Origin: an uncultured delta proteobacterium
Lineage (GTDB): Bacteria; Myxococcota_A; Polyangia; Haliangiales; Haliangiaceae
NCBI GenBank assembly: GCA_963743525.1
Contig: CAVUQH010000003.1
Span: 1,152,001-1,216,000 of the forward strand
Length of the DNA: 64,000 nt
Reading direction: 5' to 3'
The translations under genes and the position numbers were made by a program. The notes under the pieces are model-generated. The model was given only the letters and a program-made list of their open reading frames with translations. It was not told the origin of the DNA and ran no database searches. Positions 46,546-58,330 of the stretch are shown piece after piece. Each line of letters begins with the position of its first letter. The first letter of the stretch is position 1.

Positions 46546-48018
46546 TCAGTTCGGGGGTCTGTCGGGTGGTCGGGGCAGACCGGATCCCGCTCGGGTCCCG
46601 TCGACCGGACGCCCGGTCCAGGGGTTCCCGTGCGGATCGGTGGCGACCCAGTGGCCGGTGTCGGTGTCGACGTGCAGCTGCCAGCCGTGCTCGTGGACCA
46701 GGCGGTGGTGGAACCGACAGAGCAGCGCGCCGTTGTCGACCACGGTCGGACCGTGCTGGGCACGAGGGTGGAGGTGATGGGCGTCGCACCATCGCGGCGG
46801 TCGTCGGCAGCCCGGGAACACGCAACCGCCGTCGCGGGCGGCCAGGGCGCGTCGTTGTGACCGGGTGAACTGCTCGTTGGCCGTGTTGGCGTCGAGGACG
46901 CGGTTCGGCCCGGCGAAGAGGGTGGCGATCAGGGCCGAGTCGCACAACAGTCGGCGGGCGGCCCGCTCGGTGATTGTCCAGCCCTGGGCGGTGAGGGTGA
47001 CGTCGTCGAGCTGGTCGAAGCGCCGGCCGGCCAGGGTGTGCAGGTCGAGATGGACGTTGACGCACACACCGGAGCGGGCCTTGGTGCGCCGGCGCACCCG
47101 CCGGCGCCGTTCCAGCTCCTGGCGTCGCAGCCGCCGTCGCAGGAGGTCGAGCTGGTCGAGCTCGCCGGCGTTGCGATCGGGATCCGGATCGGGGTCGGGC
47201 GGGTCGAGGAGCTCGTCGAGACCATCGCGGGTCCGGAACCCGTCGGGCGGCAGGTCGAACTCGTCGTCGAGATCGATCAGGCCGTCGGGATCGTCGGCAT
47301 CGGTTTCATCGTTGTCGAGGTGGTCGCCGTGGGTGAGTCCGAAGTGGGCCAGGTCGTCGATGGCGTCGGCTCGGCGCTCGCCCAGGCCACGTCGGTGGGG
47401 TGCGTCGGCGGGATCGGGATCGTGGCAGAAGGCGTCGATGGCGGCGGCGACGTTGAGGAACGCCGACGGGGACAGGAACGCGTGCAGCTGGCCGTCGCCG
47501 AACAACGTCTGGGACAGCTGCAACCGATGCCGCGGCTGGCGCACCAGCTCGCGTTCCTGGTCGGCCAGCTCGGCCCAGTGACGGACCACGGAGGCGAAGT
47601 CGCGATCGTCGACCAACTTGGCGTTGCTGCGCAGCAGCGCAGCGACCACCTCGTCGGTCAGGAAGCGGCGGCGATCCTCGATCACCGCGCCGGCCAGGAT
47701 CTCGGCCCGACCCATCGACAACACACCAGAAGCGAGGGCGTCGCGCAGGTCGTCGTGGTCGGCGCACAACGCCGCCACCTGCACCAACCGATCGGCCTCG
47801 CGGTAGGAGACCGGCGTGTAGGCCTCGACCCAACGCCGCGGTGTCCGACACCCCGCCGCCAACCACGCCGCCGACGGCCACAACGCCACCAACCCCAGCA
47901 CCGCATCACGCCGAGCCCCGTCGATGCGCCCGACCAGACCCGCAGCCCGGTCGAGGGCGTCTCGGGCCCGGCCCGCCACATCGGCACTGTCGGCGTAGGT
48001 GGCGGACCCGGGCTTCAT
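46546..48018 (-). CDS. DUF222/13E12-type HNH endonuclease
   Basis: Intact; RRADA, ARRLLCD, RDGGCVFPGC, CDAHH, LLCRFHH. Confidence 0.92.
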   Translation of the reverse strand: MKPGSATYADSADVAGRARDALDRAAGLVGRIDGARRDAVLGLVALWPSAAWLAAGCRTPRRWVEAYTPVSYREADRLVQVAALCADHDDLRDALASGVLSMGRAEILAGAVIEDRRRFLTDEVVAALLRSNAKLVDDRDFASVVRHWAELADQERELVRQPRHRLQLSQTLFGDGQLHAFLSPSAFLNVAAAIDAFCHDPDPADAPHRRGLGERRADAIDDLAHFGLTHGDHLDNDETDADDPDGLIDLDDEFDLPPDGFRTRDGLDELLDPPDPDPDPDRNAGELDQLDLLRRRLRRQELERRRRVRRRTKARSGVCVNVHLDLHTLAGRRFDQLDDVTLTAQGWTITERAARRLLCDSALIATLFAGPNRVLDANTANEQFTRSQRRALAARDGGCVFPGCRRPPRWCDAHHLHPRAQHGPTVVDNGALLCRFHHRLVHEHGWQLHVDTDTGHWVATDPHGNPWTGRPVDGTRAGSGLPRPPDRPPN

Positions 48019-48025
48019 GGAACAA

Positions 48026-48047
48026 ATCGTACGAAGGGGGTCTGACA
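48026..48047 (-). promoter_or_regulatory. PafBC/RecA-NDp promoter of the HNH gene
   Basis: TGTCAG-ACCCCCTTCG-TACGAT, then 7 nt to ATG (leaderless). Confidence 0.8.
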
Positions 48048-48095
48048 AGAACCCTTCTACACGAACGGTCTGGCCTCGGTGGAGCGGCTGGACCG

Positions 48096-49118
48096 TCAGC
48101 GCCCCTCGACCTGATCGAGGAACGCCGCCACCCGGGCGAACGCCTCGGCGTTCCATCCACGATCGGGCCGCACCTCGGCGGCGAGGTCGGCTTCGAGCGC
48201 CCGCAGCCGGTCGTGCGCCGACTCGGGCAGCGCGTCGAAGCGCTCCCACGCCGGCACGTCGCCCAGCGGCTCGCCGACCACGACGGGCACGAAGATCGAC
48301 CGGCACGGCTGGCCGAGGACCACGTGGGCGATCCGCGGGCCACGGGCGTGAGCTCGGCGACCATCGGCCGTGGTGGCCTCGTGCGGCGTGCATGCAGATC
48401 GTCCAGCCGTCGTCGCCGCCGGCGTGGCTGCGCAGGTGCTCCTTCATCGCCCGATCGACCGGGCCGGCTGGCGCAGGGCCGCGGTCGACGCCTGCCAACC
48501 GGGGGTGGACCAGCAGTGTCGATGAGCGTTGCGAGGCCCGTGCTCGGCGTCGAAGCGGGGATGGTGGTGCGGTTGGAGATGGCGCGCCGGTCGACGACAC
48601 CTCCTCGACGGCGCGGGCGTGCCCACTGGTCTCCACCACGAACGCCGCGGACGCCGGATCGGCGAGCAGGAACGACGACCAGTACGGCTGCTTGCCGCCC
48701 TCGTGGCCGGCGCCGCCCTGCCCGTACCGCTCGAGTGGTCGCAGCGATCACCGAGACCCCGGCCCGGCGTCGCAGCCCGCTCGAGCACCAGGCGCACCAG
48801 GTCCATGCCGACGAGGGCGTCCGGGAACTCGTGCGGGTCCAGCGTGGTGAAGACGGCCTCGTTGCCGACGGCGAGACCGGCCTCGTTGACGCCGTGCTCC
48901 AACCCCCACATCCATCTCGGGCGCGAGCCGAGCACGCCCGAGGTCGGACCGAGGCCGGGTCGACCTCGATGTACGTGTGCCACGTACCGGCCGCCGTCGC
49001 GCCGGGACGGGTGCCACTCGAGATCCTGGGGCTCGGTCGGGGGCCGGTCGCTGTTCTTGGCGAAGACCGTACCGCCGGTCGAGGTGGCGGCGGGCAGGGC
49101 GCAGAGCGTGTCGCACAT
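48096..49118 (-). CDS. C69 family dipeptidase/secernin-like Ntn hydrolase (frameshifted)
   Basis: MCDT, FAKNSDRP, WMWGLEHGVNE, IGNEAV-like VGNEAV, GMDLVR. Confidence 0.85.
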
Positions 49119-49174
49119 GGTCCTCGCAGTCTCGCACCCACGATCGACGTCCGCGGTCCCTACGATTCGCCGGC

Positions 49175-49981
49175 ATGGACCACCTCCGCGTCCGTCCCGG
49201 CACCGAGCTCGCGCCTCGCCGACATCGACACCCGCGCCACGCCCGGCCTCGACGGCGTCCAAGCACGATGGCAAGGCGGTCCTCGCGCGAACGCCGCCAG
49301 CGCCTGGCCGAGCTGCAGGAGCTGCTCTACGCCGACGGACAGCCACCGCTGCTGCTCGTACTGCAGGCGATGGACACCGGGGGCAAGGACGGCACGATCC
49401 GGCACGTGTTCCACGAGGTCAACCCGATCGGGGTCCACGTCCGGCCGTTCGGGGTCCCGAGCGAGAACGAGCTGGCCCACGACTACCTCTGGCGCGCCCA
49501 CGCCAAGGTCCCGGCCGCTGGCGAGCTCGTGATCTTCAACCGCAGCCACTACGAGGACGTCCTCGTCACCCGCGTGCACGGGTTGGTGGACGACGACCGG
49601 GCTCGCCGGCGTTTCGGACACATCCGTGACTTCGAGCAGATGCTCACGGACGAGGGCACCACCATGGTCAAGTTCTTCCTGCACATCTCGGCCGACGAGC
49701 AGGCCGAGCGCCTGCAGGCCCGGTTGGACGAGCCCGACAAGCGCTGGAAGTTCTCCTCCGGTGACCTCGCCGAGCGCGGCCGGTGGCACGAGTACCAGCG
49801 GGTCTACGAGGAGGCGATCGCCGCGACCAGCACCGACCGGGCGCCTTGGTACGTCATCCCCGCCGATCGGAAGTGGTACCGGAACCTGGCCGTCTGCACG
49901 ATCCTCGTCCACGTCCTCGAAGGACTCGGGATGCGCTACCCCGAGCGCGACGACCTTCCCGCCCACCTCGAGATCGACTGA
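49175..49981 (+). CDS. ppk2: polyphosphate kinase 2 family (N-terminal frameshifts)
   Basis: QAMDTGGKDG, HDYLWR, FNRSHYE, KRWKF, PADRKWYR. Confidence 0.92.
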   Translation: MDHLRVRPGTELAPRRHRHPRHARPRRRPSTMARRSSRERRQRLAELQELLYADGQPPLLLVLQAMDTGGKDGTIRHVFHEVNPIGVHVRPFGVPSENELAHDYLWRAHAKVPAAGELVIFNRSHYEDVLVTRVHGLVDDDRARRRFGHIRDFEQMLTDEGTTMVKFFLHISADEQAERLQARLDEPDKRWKFSSGDLAERGRWHEYQRVYEEAIAATSTDRAPWYVIPADRKWYRNLAVCTILVHVLEGLGMRYPERDDLPAHLEID

Positions 49982-49985
49982 CACC

Positions 49986-50786
49986 GTGCCGGCACTGACC
50001 AACGGGAGCATCGACCTCTGGTACGCCGAGCGTGGAGACCCCACGGGTCCGCCCGTCGTCCTGCTGCACGGCCTGTTCTTCTCCCGGCGCCTCTTCGAGC
50101 GGGTGGCCGCCCGCCTGCCCGGCTACCGGCTGTTGCTGCTCGACCTGCGGGGCCATGGCCGCTCGTCCCGGCCGGTGGACGCCGAGGCGTACCGATGGCC
50201 GGGCCTGGCGTCCGACGTCACCGCCCTGCTCGACCACCTCGACATCGAGCGCGCCACGGTCGGCGGCCTGTCGCTCGGTGCGAACGTCACGCTCGCGGTG
50301 GCCGCCGAGCATCCCGAGCGACTCACCGCGACCATCGTCGAGATGCCGGTGCTGGAAGCCGGACGACCGCAGGCCGAGCGCACCTTCCGTCCACTGGCCG
50401 CGGCACTCGACGTCGGTGGGGCGCTCCTCCGGCCGGCGGCTCGGGCCGCGGCCCCGCTGCGCCGGTCACGCGTCCCGGAACTGGCGGTCGCCGCCGACCC
50501 GCGTCGCTCGACCCGACCGCCGGGGCGGCCATGCTGCGCACGCTCCTCGACGACCACCAGACGGTGCTCGACGGCGTCCGACGCCCTCGCGGCGGGCCGG
50601 GTGCCAACCCTGGTCATCGCCCATCGCGGCGACACCCTGCACCCGGTGAACGACGCCCGGTACTCACCGACCGCGTGCCCGGCGCCCGGCTCGTGATCAC
50701 GTCGTCGATCCTCGAGCTGCGCCTGCGTACGCGGCGCTACGCAGATCTGCTGGGCAGCTTCCTGAACGACGTGACGGCGCGTCTGA
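49986..50786 (+). CDS. alpha/beta hydrolase (frameshifted)
   Basis: LLHGL, DLRGHGRS, GLSLG. Confidence 0.85.
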
Positions 50787-50789
50787 GCG

Positions 50790-53126
50790 TCAGGCCCCGG
50801 CCGCCGGGCGGCGCCTCGAGCAGCGCCTCGCCCCGCTCCTCGGTCGTGCGCCAGCGTCGGGGTCGAGGCCCGGGGCAGGTGAGCACGACGGCCACGTCGG
50901 GGTCGTGCGGCTCGAGCTCCCACAGCAGCGCCGGGCCGTTCGCCGTGCCAGCGGATGGCGAACGACAGCCGGCCGAAGCGGGTGGGCGCGTCGTGGACCT
51001 CGACGCCCTGCCCGTACCAGCGCTCGGGGATCATCGACACCAGCGCCAGACCGTCGGCGGTCTCGCGGACGAGCATCGTGCGCACGAACGACAGCAGCTC
51101 GGCGGCCGCCCAGCCGTGGTGGCCGTCGCCCATGCAGCCGCCGGCGACCCGGGGGTGGATCGCCTCGGGCCAGGTCCAGGTCGGCGTGGCGGCGGCCAGG
51201 AACCAGTCGAGCCGGTCGAGCGCCCGGCGGTCGCCGGCGAGCAGCTCGACGAAGGCCAGCTGCAGGGTGAGGTAGGTGCCGAGACCGGTGTGGCTGATGC
51301 CCTGGTAGAAGGCCTCGTCGATGCAGAACCGGTCGCGGACGACGTCGAGGGTGGCCTGCATGGCCGGGTCGTCGGCCGGCAGCAGCTCGAGCGGCCAGCA
51401 CCGCGGCCAGCGAACCGATGACGCCCGGGTCGATCCGGCGCCGCGGACCGGCCGGCACGGCCTCGGTGCCCGAGCCGCTCGGCGGTGACGGCCATGGAGC
51501 GCGCGCACGTCGGCGGTCATCGACTCGAGGAACTCGCCGGCCGCGGCGGCGGCGCTCGTCCTCGCCGGCGGCGCGCGAGCAGCCGGGCGCCGTCGCGGAG
51601 GCCGGCGAGCGCCCAGAAGTCGTCCCAGTAGAAGTAGTCGTGCGGGCCGAGGTGCTCGGCCGAGATGCCGGCGGGCAGCAGGCCGCGCGAGGGCGGGGTC
51701 GCTCGCGCCGGCTGCCGCCGGCGCTTGCGCTCGATCCACTCGACGCCGCCGGCGATCGACGGCACCAGCTCGTCGAGCAGCGTCGTCGTCGCGGGTCAGG
51801 TCCCAGTGGTGGGCCGAGCGCCCACAGGGCGGCGCCGTTGGCGTCCCACTCGAGCCGCTGGGAGAAGAAGAAGCCGTCGCTGTGCTGGCGTCCGGGATAC
51901 GAGGCCAGCACCTCGCGGGCCTCGTGGTGGAACCCGTAGCGGTCGAGCGCGGCCGAGCAGGTAGGCGGCGTCGCGGAACCAGAAGCGGTGGTAGGTGCGG
52001 GGCCCGGGCGTGATGTCGGCGCCGTCGTGGAACAGGAGCAGGTAGCGGCGGTTGGCGTCGACCGCCGACTGCAGCCGCTCGTCGGGCAGCACCAGGCGCA
52101 TGCCCCGGTCGGTCTGGCGTCTTCCAGCCCGTTGGCCACCTGCTCGGCCGAGGGCAGCGACGCCGGGGAAGCCCGGCGCCCGCTGCACCCGTCGCCGGGC
52201 CCGGCCGTCCAGGCGGGTGCGGGGTCGCGGCTCGAGCGGGCAGCGCCACCCGCAGCGTGGCGCGGTGCGGCAGCGGGTAGACGAACGCGGCCTGGGCCAT
52301 GCCGGCCTCGTCGCGCAGGTCGGCGGGGAACGACGGCTGCGGCGTCGCCGGCGAACACGGCGGTGGCGCAGTCGCCGTCGTGGAAGGTGGACGCGGCCAC
52401 GGCGTTCGGCGGCTGGCGGGGCAGCAGCATGGCGACCCGCCCGTCGACGGTGACCGTGGTGCCGTGCAGCCCGATGCGCTCGATGACCGACAGGCCCTCG
52501 GCGTCGTAGGGACGCACGGCGAGGGCGAGCGCGACCGGGCACGGCGGAGTCGTTCTCGATCTCGACGATGACCAGCTCCTCGCCGCCGTCGGCTGCGGTG
52601 GCCCGGACGGCGTACGGCGCGGTGGATGATGTCGCCGCCGGGCACCCGCATGCGCGGTCTCGACCACCGGCGAGTCGCCGACGAGCGCCTGGCGCACGTT
52701 GGCCTCGTCGGCCGGCACGTGCCAGCGGTCCTCGGCGCCGATCCACCAGTCGAGCGACCAGCCGTCGTGCCACGGGCGACACCAGACCCCGCGGGTCGAC
52801 CACGGCCTCGCGGGCCGAGCCGACGGTTGCCGATCATCGTCCAGTTGCGGCTGGTCACGTTGGACAGGAACGGGCAGGTGGCCGCGCGGCACGAACGCCG
52901 GCGAGGCCGGGTCGATCTGGCGCCGGAGCCAGAACGGCCACACCCAGTCGATGCCGATCTGGCTGGCCGCACGGGTGCGCAGCGCCCGGAACACGGTGCG
53001 GGCGCCGATGGGCAGCATCTCGCCGGGCGCCTGGATCTCGAGGTGCTCGCCGAGGCGCTGGAAGGTCGACAGGTGGCGGACGGTGTCGTCGTCGATGCGC
53101 AGCCGCCCGAGCAGCCGGCGCACCAT
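50790..53126 (-). CDS. (alpha/alpha)6-barrel glycosidase-like protein (frameshifted)
   Basis: YHRFWFRDAAY, EWDANG, SAEHLG...YWDDFW, WTWPEAIHP, GDGHHGWA. Confidence 0.65.
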   Translation of the reverse strand: MVRRLLGRLRIDDDTVRHLSTFQRLGEHLEIQAPGEMLPIGARTVFRALRTRAASQIGIDWVWPFWLRRQIDPASPAFVPRGHLPVPVQRDQPQLDDDRQPSARPARPWSTRGVWCRPWHDGWSLDWWIGAEDRWHVPADEANVRQALVGDSPVVETAHAGARRRHHPPRRTPSGPPQPTAARSWSSSRSRTTPPCPVALALAVRPYDAEGLSVIERIGLHGTTVTVDGRVAMLLPRQPPNAVAASTFHDGDCATAVFAGDAAAVVPRRPARRGRHGPGRVRLPAAAPRHAAGGAARSSRDPAPAWTAGPGDGCSGRRASPASLPSAEQVANGLEDARPTGACAWCCPTSGCSRRSTPTAATCSCSTTAPTSRPGPAPTTASGSATPPTCSAALDRYGFHHEAREVLASYPGRQHSDGFFFSQRLEWDANGAALWALGPPLGPDPRRRRCSTSWCRRSPAASSGSSASAGGSRRERPRPRAACCPPASRPSTSARTTTSTGTTSGRSPASATAPGCSRAAGEDERRRRGRRVPRVDDRRRARAPWPSPPSGSGTEAVPAGPRRRIDPGVIGSLAAVLAARAAAGRRPGHAGHPRRRPRPVLHRRGLLPGHQPHRSRHLPHPAAGLRRAARRRPPGARPARLVPGRRHADLDLARGDPPPGRRRLHGRRPPRLGGRRAAVVRAHDARPRDRRRSGAGVDDPRALVRAGRRGPRRAHPLRPAVVRHPLARRTARRCCGSSSRTTPTWPSCSPAPGLDPDAGARPRSGARRCSRRRPAAGA

Positions 53127-53141
53127 CCAGGCACGCAGCGC

Positions 53142-54177
53142 TCACCGGCTCGCCGAGCCCGTGCATCTCGCGAGCGGCTCTCGCGGTGGAGCAGACCCGG
53201 CGTAGGCCTCGTGCGCGCGTGCGCGCCCTCGTGGCACACGGCGACGACCTGGTCGGTGATCGGCGTCTCGACGCCGAGCGTCGCGGGCCAGCTCCTGCAC
53301 GACCCGGCAGCTCTTGACGCCCTCGGCGACCTGGTTCATCTCGTCGATGATCTCGTCGATGGTGCGGCCCTCGCCGAGCTGCTCGCCCACGTGGCGGTTG
53401 CGGCTCTGGGGCGAGATGCAGGTGGCGATGAGGTCGCCCATGCCGGCCAGGCCGGCGAAGGTCAGCGGCGAGCCGCCCAGGGCGACGCCGAGGCGGGTGA
53501 TCTCGGCCAGGCCGCGGGTGATGACCGCGGCCCGGGTGTTGTCGCCGGTGCCGAGCCCGTCGGCCATGCCCGACGGCGATGGCGATGACGTTCTTGAGCG
53601 CGCCGCCCAGCTCGCAGCCGACCACGTCGTCGTTGGTGTAGACGCGGAACAGGTCGGTGGCGAACACGCTCCTGGAGCGCGTCGGCGACGATCGTGGTCG
53701 TCCATGGCGATCACCGAGGCGGCGGCGTGCGCCGGCCAGGATCTCCTTGGCCAGGTTCGGGCCGGTGAGCACGCCGACGGGGTGGCCGGGCAGCACCTCG
53801 TGGATGACCTCGGTCATGCGCAGGCCGGTGCCCAGCTCGAGGCCCTTGGTGAGGCTGACGACCGGCACCCACGGCCGGAGGTGCGGGCGCCGCCTCGCGC
53901 GAGCGTCGGCGCGGAAGCCGTGCGACGGGCACGCCCATGACCAGCAGGTCGGCCGTGTCGACGCGCCTCGGCCAGGTCGGTCGGTGGCGCGCGAGGACTC
54001 GGGTGCAGGTCGAACCGTCGAGGTAGCGCGCGGTTGCGGTGCTCGTCGTTGATCTCGCTCGGCCAGTCTCGGCCGAGCGGGCCCACAGGATGGTGGGGGC
54101 GTTGTGGGCGCAGCAGGTGGGCGACCGTGGTGCCCCACGACCCGCCGCCGAGCACGGCGACGTCTGATCGACGACAT
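53142..54177 (-). CDS. gpsA: NAD(P)H-dependent glycerol-3-phosphate dehydrogenase (frameshifted)
   Basis: [45 protein letters not shown]. Confidence 0.92.
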
Positions 54178-54249
54178 GGCCCGCACCCTAGTGACGCCGG
54201 CGCGTCCCGGGCGGCCCGACGGCGGCGGCGGTCCGTACACTGCGGCCGC

Positions 54250-54837
54250 ATGCCCGACTCGCCGCCGTCGCCGTCGTCGTCCCGGTGAAGGCCTTCGCCC
54301 GGGCCAAGGTGCGCCTGGCCGCCGAGCTCGACCCGGCCGAGCGGGCCGCGCTCGCCCGGCGGATGGCCGACCATCGTGCGTCGCCGCCGCCGCGCCCGCT
54401 GCCGGTGGCGGTCGTGTGCGACGACGACGACGGTCGCGGCGCTGGGCCGAGCCGACGTCGGCGCCGAGGTCGATCTGGACGCCGGGCCTGGGCCTCAACG
54501 GCGCGGTGCAGGCCGGGGTCGCCGAGCTGGCGCGACGGCGGCGTCGACACCGGTCGTCGTCGCCCACGCCGACCTCCCGCTCGCCACCTCGCTGGCCTGG
54601 GTCGCGGCCACGCCGGGCGTCACCCTCGTGCCCGACCGCCGCGCACGACGGCACCAACGTCATCGCCGTGCCCACCGGCCGCGGGCTTCCGCTTCGCCTA
54701 CGGCGCCGGCTCGTTCGACGCGCCACCGCGCCGAGGCCGACGCGCCTCGGCCTGCCGCTGCGGGTCGTGCGCGACGCCCGGCTGGGCTGGGACGTCGACC
54801 TGCCCGCCGACCTCGGCCTGCCCGCACCGACCGCTGA
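54250..54837 (+). CDS. cofC: 2-phospho-L-lactate/PEP guanylyltransferase, F420 biosynthesis (frameshifted)
   Basis: VPVKAFARAKVRL, GLNGA, HADLP, GTN, DVDLPADL; divergent from gpsA. Confidence 0.88.
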
Positions 54838-54899
54838 GCGCTGCCCGACGCTGCCCGACGTCCGACGCCCGACCCGCGCGCCGCCGACCGACCGTCGGC

Positions 54900-55635
54900 C
54901 GCGACCTGCCCGTGCCCGGCTCGGCGCTGGCCATCGGCGCCCACCCCGACGACGTCGAGTTCGGCTGCGGCGCCACGCTGGCCAAGTGGGCGGCCGCCGG
55001 CTGCGTGGTGCACCACCTGGTCTGCACCGACGGCTCGAAGGGCACGTGGGACCCCGACGCCGGACCCGCCGACGCTGGTCGCCACCCGCCAGGTCGAGCA
55101 GCGGGCCGCGGCCGAGGCCCTGGGCGCCACCGGCGAGGTCGTGTTCCTCGGCTGGCCCGACGGCGAGCTCGACTCGTCGGCTCGCGCCAGCGCTGGCAGG
55201 TGGCGTACTGGATCCGCCGGCTGCGGCCCGACCGTCGTGCTCGGCCACGACCCGTGGAAGCGCTACCGGCTCCACCCCGACCACCGCCACGCCGGCCTGC
55301 TGGCCGTCGACGGCATCGTGGCCGCCCGCGACCCGCACTTCTTCCCCGAGCAGGACGCTCGCCCACCACCGGCCCGACGTCGCTGCTGCTGTTCGAGGCC
55401 GACGAGCCCGACCACGTCGAGGACGTCACCGACCACGTCGACGCCAAGCTCGCCGCGCTGCGGGCCCACCGCTCGCAGTTCCGCTCGACCATGGGCGTCG
55501 ACCCCGACGACCCCGACGGCCGAGGACGCAGTGGGAGCGCTTCGCCGACCGCATCCGCGCCCGGCTGGCCGAGTGGGGCCAGCCTCGGCGGCTGCGACCT
55601 ACGGCGAGGGCTTCAAGCTGATCGACCGGCTCTAG
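54900..55635 (+). CDS. PIG-L family deacetylase (frameshifted; start uncertain)
   Basis: AHPDDVE, TDGSKG, HPDH, AHRSQ. Confidence 0.85.
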
Positions 55636-56478
55636 ACGACCGGCGTGCCGTTGCGGATGCGCCGGCGGGTGTCCCAGCCGTAGACGTTGAACGGGAACTG
55701 GCGCACGACGCGGGGCAGGTGCTGGTCGACGCTCGCCCAGGTGCGCATCATGCGTCTCGAACGCCCGCTGGCGGCGGCCGTCCCACGGCAGGCCGAGCTC
55801 GGCCCGGAACGGCTCGGGCAGGAACCCCAGCGTCTGGAACTGCACGAGCGGCCCCACCAGCTGCGGCCAGCGGTGTCGGCAGGAACGACGCCCGGGCGAT
55901 GCCGCGCAGGTAGCCGCGCGTGAGGTCGTCCATCTCGGATGTGGGCGACCTCGGCGGCCCAGTACTCGGCGAAGGCCTGGCGGTCGGCCGGCCACTGCTC
56001 GCTCGCGGACCTGCAGCGTGGTGCCGAGGCGCGAGCAGTACCGGTAGAGGCGCTCGGCGGTGTCGTCGTCGAGATCGGGGTTGAGCAGCCGCTGGACGTC
56101 CTCGACCCCCTTGTAGAGGCAGGCCGCCACCCACAGCTGCAGCTGCGGGTCGAACGCGTCGAACGCCACCGGGTCGCCGGGCCCGGAGTGCACGTGGCGG
56201 TGCACGCTGTTGATGTCGTGGCGGATCGCCGCCGCGCTCGTCGTCGGTACCGGTGAGGGCGATGACGAGGTAGGCCAGCGTGGTCCGTGTCCGCTTCAGC
56301 GGGTGCGTCGTCGATGCGGCCGCTGGTCACCGGGCTCTTGGCGACGCCGTGCCCGACCGGCAGCTTCGACAGCTGCATGATGACGTTGGCGCCGGCAGCG
56401 GCCATCCCGATGCCGTGCAGCGAGTCCTCGACCAGAGCGGCGATGTCGGCGTCCGAGCGGGGGGCGGTCGGCGACCAT
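55632..56478 (-). CDS. MpaB/DUF2236 oxygenase family protein (frameshifted)
   Basis: ANVIMQL, FDPQLQLWVAACLY, LGTTLQV, GFLPEPFR. Confidence 0.85.
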
Positions 56479-56536
56479 GGCGGCAGCCTAGGCAGCCGGA
56501 ATGTCTGGATCGCGCGTCCGGATCCCGGACCAGGCG

Positions 56537-57132
56537 TCAGTTGACGGACGGGTCGGGCGGGAAGTGGGCCACGGCTCGCAGCGGCCCCCGCTGGCGGCGG
56601 AGCACGTCGCGCCACAGCGTCTCGGGCGACGTCGGTGAACACGTCGTCGTCCTCGGCGTCGAGCGACGTACCAGCCGCCCAGCTCGATCTCGCCCTCGAG
56701 CTGCCCGCCGCTCCAGCCGGCGTAGCCGGCGAAGACCCGCAGGGCGGTGATGCCGCCGGGCGCATCGGACGGGTCGCCGTGCAGGTCGACCACGCCGATG
56801 CCGTGGTGAGCGGCCGGAACGACGACGTCGGTCGTCGACCGTGCCGTCCTCGTCGAACAGGTCGGCGACCTCGCGGGCCGGCACTCGGGCAGCGAGCCAG
56901 GCAGATCGCGCCCTCGGGGCTGACCGGGCCACCGACGTAGATGCGGTCGTCGTCGCCCACGTAGGGCGCCCAGGTGGGCACGGCGTCATGCACCGGCGAC
57001 CTCGCCGGGGCGGTTGAGCACCAGCCCCAGGGCTCCGTCGGCGGAGTGCTCGATCAGGTACACCACGGTGCGGCGGAAGTTGGGGTCGTCCATCGTCGGT
57101 TCGGCGACCAGCAGCCGGCCCCGCAGGCTCAT
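56537..57132 (-). CDS. YqgE/AlgH (DUF179) protein (frameshifted)
   Basis: [26 protein letters not shown]...QLEGE, DPSVN. Confidence 0.9.
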
Positions 57133-57148
57133 GCGCTCCCCCTCGTCC

Positions 57149-58062
57149 TCAGCGGCCGACGGCCTTCTGCTCGTCGGTGCGGAGGTCGCCGGCGCGGATG
57201 TCGAGACCGAACGAACTCGCTCGAAGCGGTCGAAGTACTCGTCGTCGTTGGCCGCGCGCGCCGAGCGCCAGCCACTCGCTCGTCGCTGACGCCGGCGCGG
57301 CCGTCGGCCAGCTGCTCGCCGCCGTAGGCGCACGGCGTAGCGCAGGCGGGCCGAGGGGTCGTCGATGGCCTGCTGCACGACCTCGGCGACCACCGACGGG
57401 CGGACGTTGGCCTCGATGCCCGTGGCGTAGAAGGCGAACATGCGGCGGTAGGCGTCCGCGTAGGGGGAGTCCGCGTGCAGGTCCTGGTGCTTGGCCAGCA
57501 GGGCGGTGCGGGTGACGCCCGGCTCGATGACCTTCACCCGGATGCCGAAGGGCGCCAGCTCCTGGGCGAGGTTCTCGCTCAGGCACTCGAGCGCCCACTT
57601 CGACGAGGCGTACACCGCCTGGGCGAGGGCGGCGAAGCGCCCGGCGACCGACGAGACGTTGACGATCGTGCCCGGGCCCCGCTCGCGCATCGCCGGGCAG
57701 CACCGCCTGGGTGCAGCGCACGACGCCCCAGTAGTTGACGTCGAAGACGACCTTGCCCTCGTCGATGTCGATCTCCTCGACGACCGCGTTGTAACCGAGG
57801 CCGGCGTTGTTGACGAGGACGTCGACGCGGCCCTCGGCGTCGAGCACCTGCCCGATGCCCCGGCGCACCGACTCGTCGTCGGACACGTCGAGCTCGACGG
57901 CGTGGACGGCGGCGCCGGCGGCTGCGGCCTCGTCCTGGCAGCTTGTGCGCCCTTGCCGAGGTCGCGCATCGTGCCGTAGACGGTGTGGCCGGCAGCGGCG
58001 AGGTGGACGGCGGTGGCCCGGCCGATGCCGGAGTTCGCACCCGTGACGACGATGACGGCCAT
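57149..58062 (-). CDS. SDR family oxidoreductase (frameshifted)
   Basis: [21 protein letters not shown]. Confidence 0.9.
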
Positions 58063-58102
58063 GGCGCCGAGTCTGGCACGGCCGCCCGTAGGGTCGCGCG
58101 TC

Positions 58103-58330
58103 GTGCTGGAGGACGGGACCTACGACGCGCTCGGTGTTCGACGCCGAGGACACCGAGGCGACCGACGACGGCGCGTCACGGTCGAGCTCACGATCCTCGC
58201 CGGCGACCACAAGGGCGAGGTCGTGTCGCTGAGCTCGACCGACTGGAGCGGGGACGCCCTGGACCTGCTCGGCATCCCGGCCACCATCACCGTCGCCGAC
58301 GGGCACCCCTCAGTCGTCTTCGAGCCCTGA
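58103..58330 (+). CDS. small hypothetical protein (frameshifted)
   Basis: VLEDGTYDA...[14 protein letters not shown]...[10 protein letters not shown]. Confidence 0.6.
   Translation: MLEDGTYDALGVRRRGHRGDRRRRVTVELTILAGDHKGEVVSLSSTDWSGDALDLLGIPATITVADGHPSVVFEP

Noticed and set aside
50123..53239. Long Arg/Pro/Ala-rich alternative-frame ORFs here and throughout the window
   Set aside because: Shadow ORFs expected in DNA this GC-rich.
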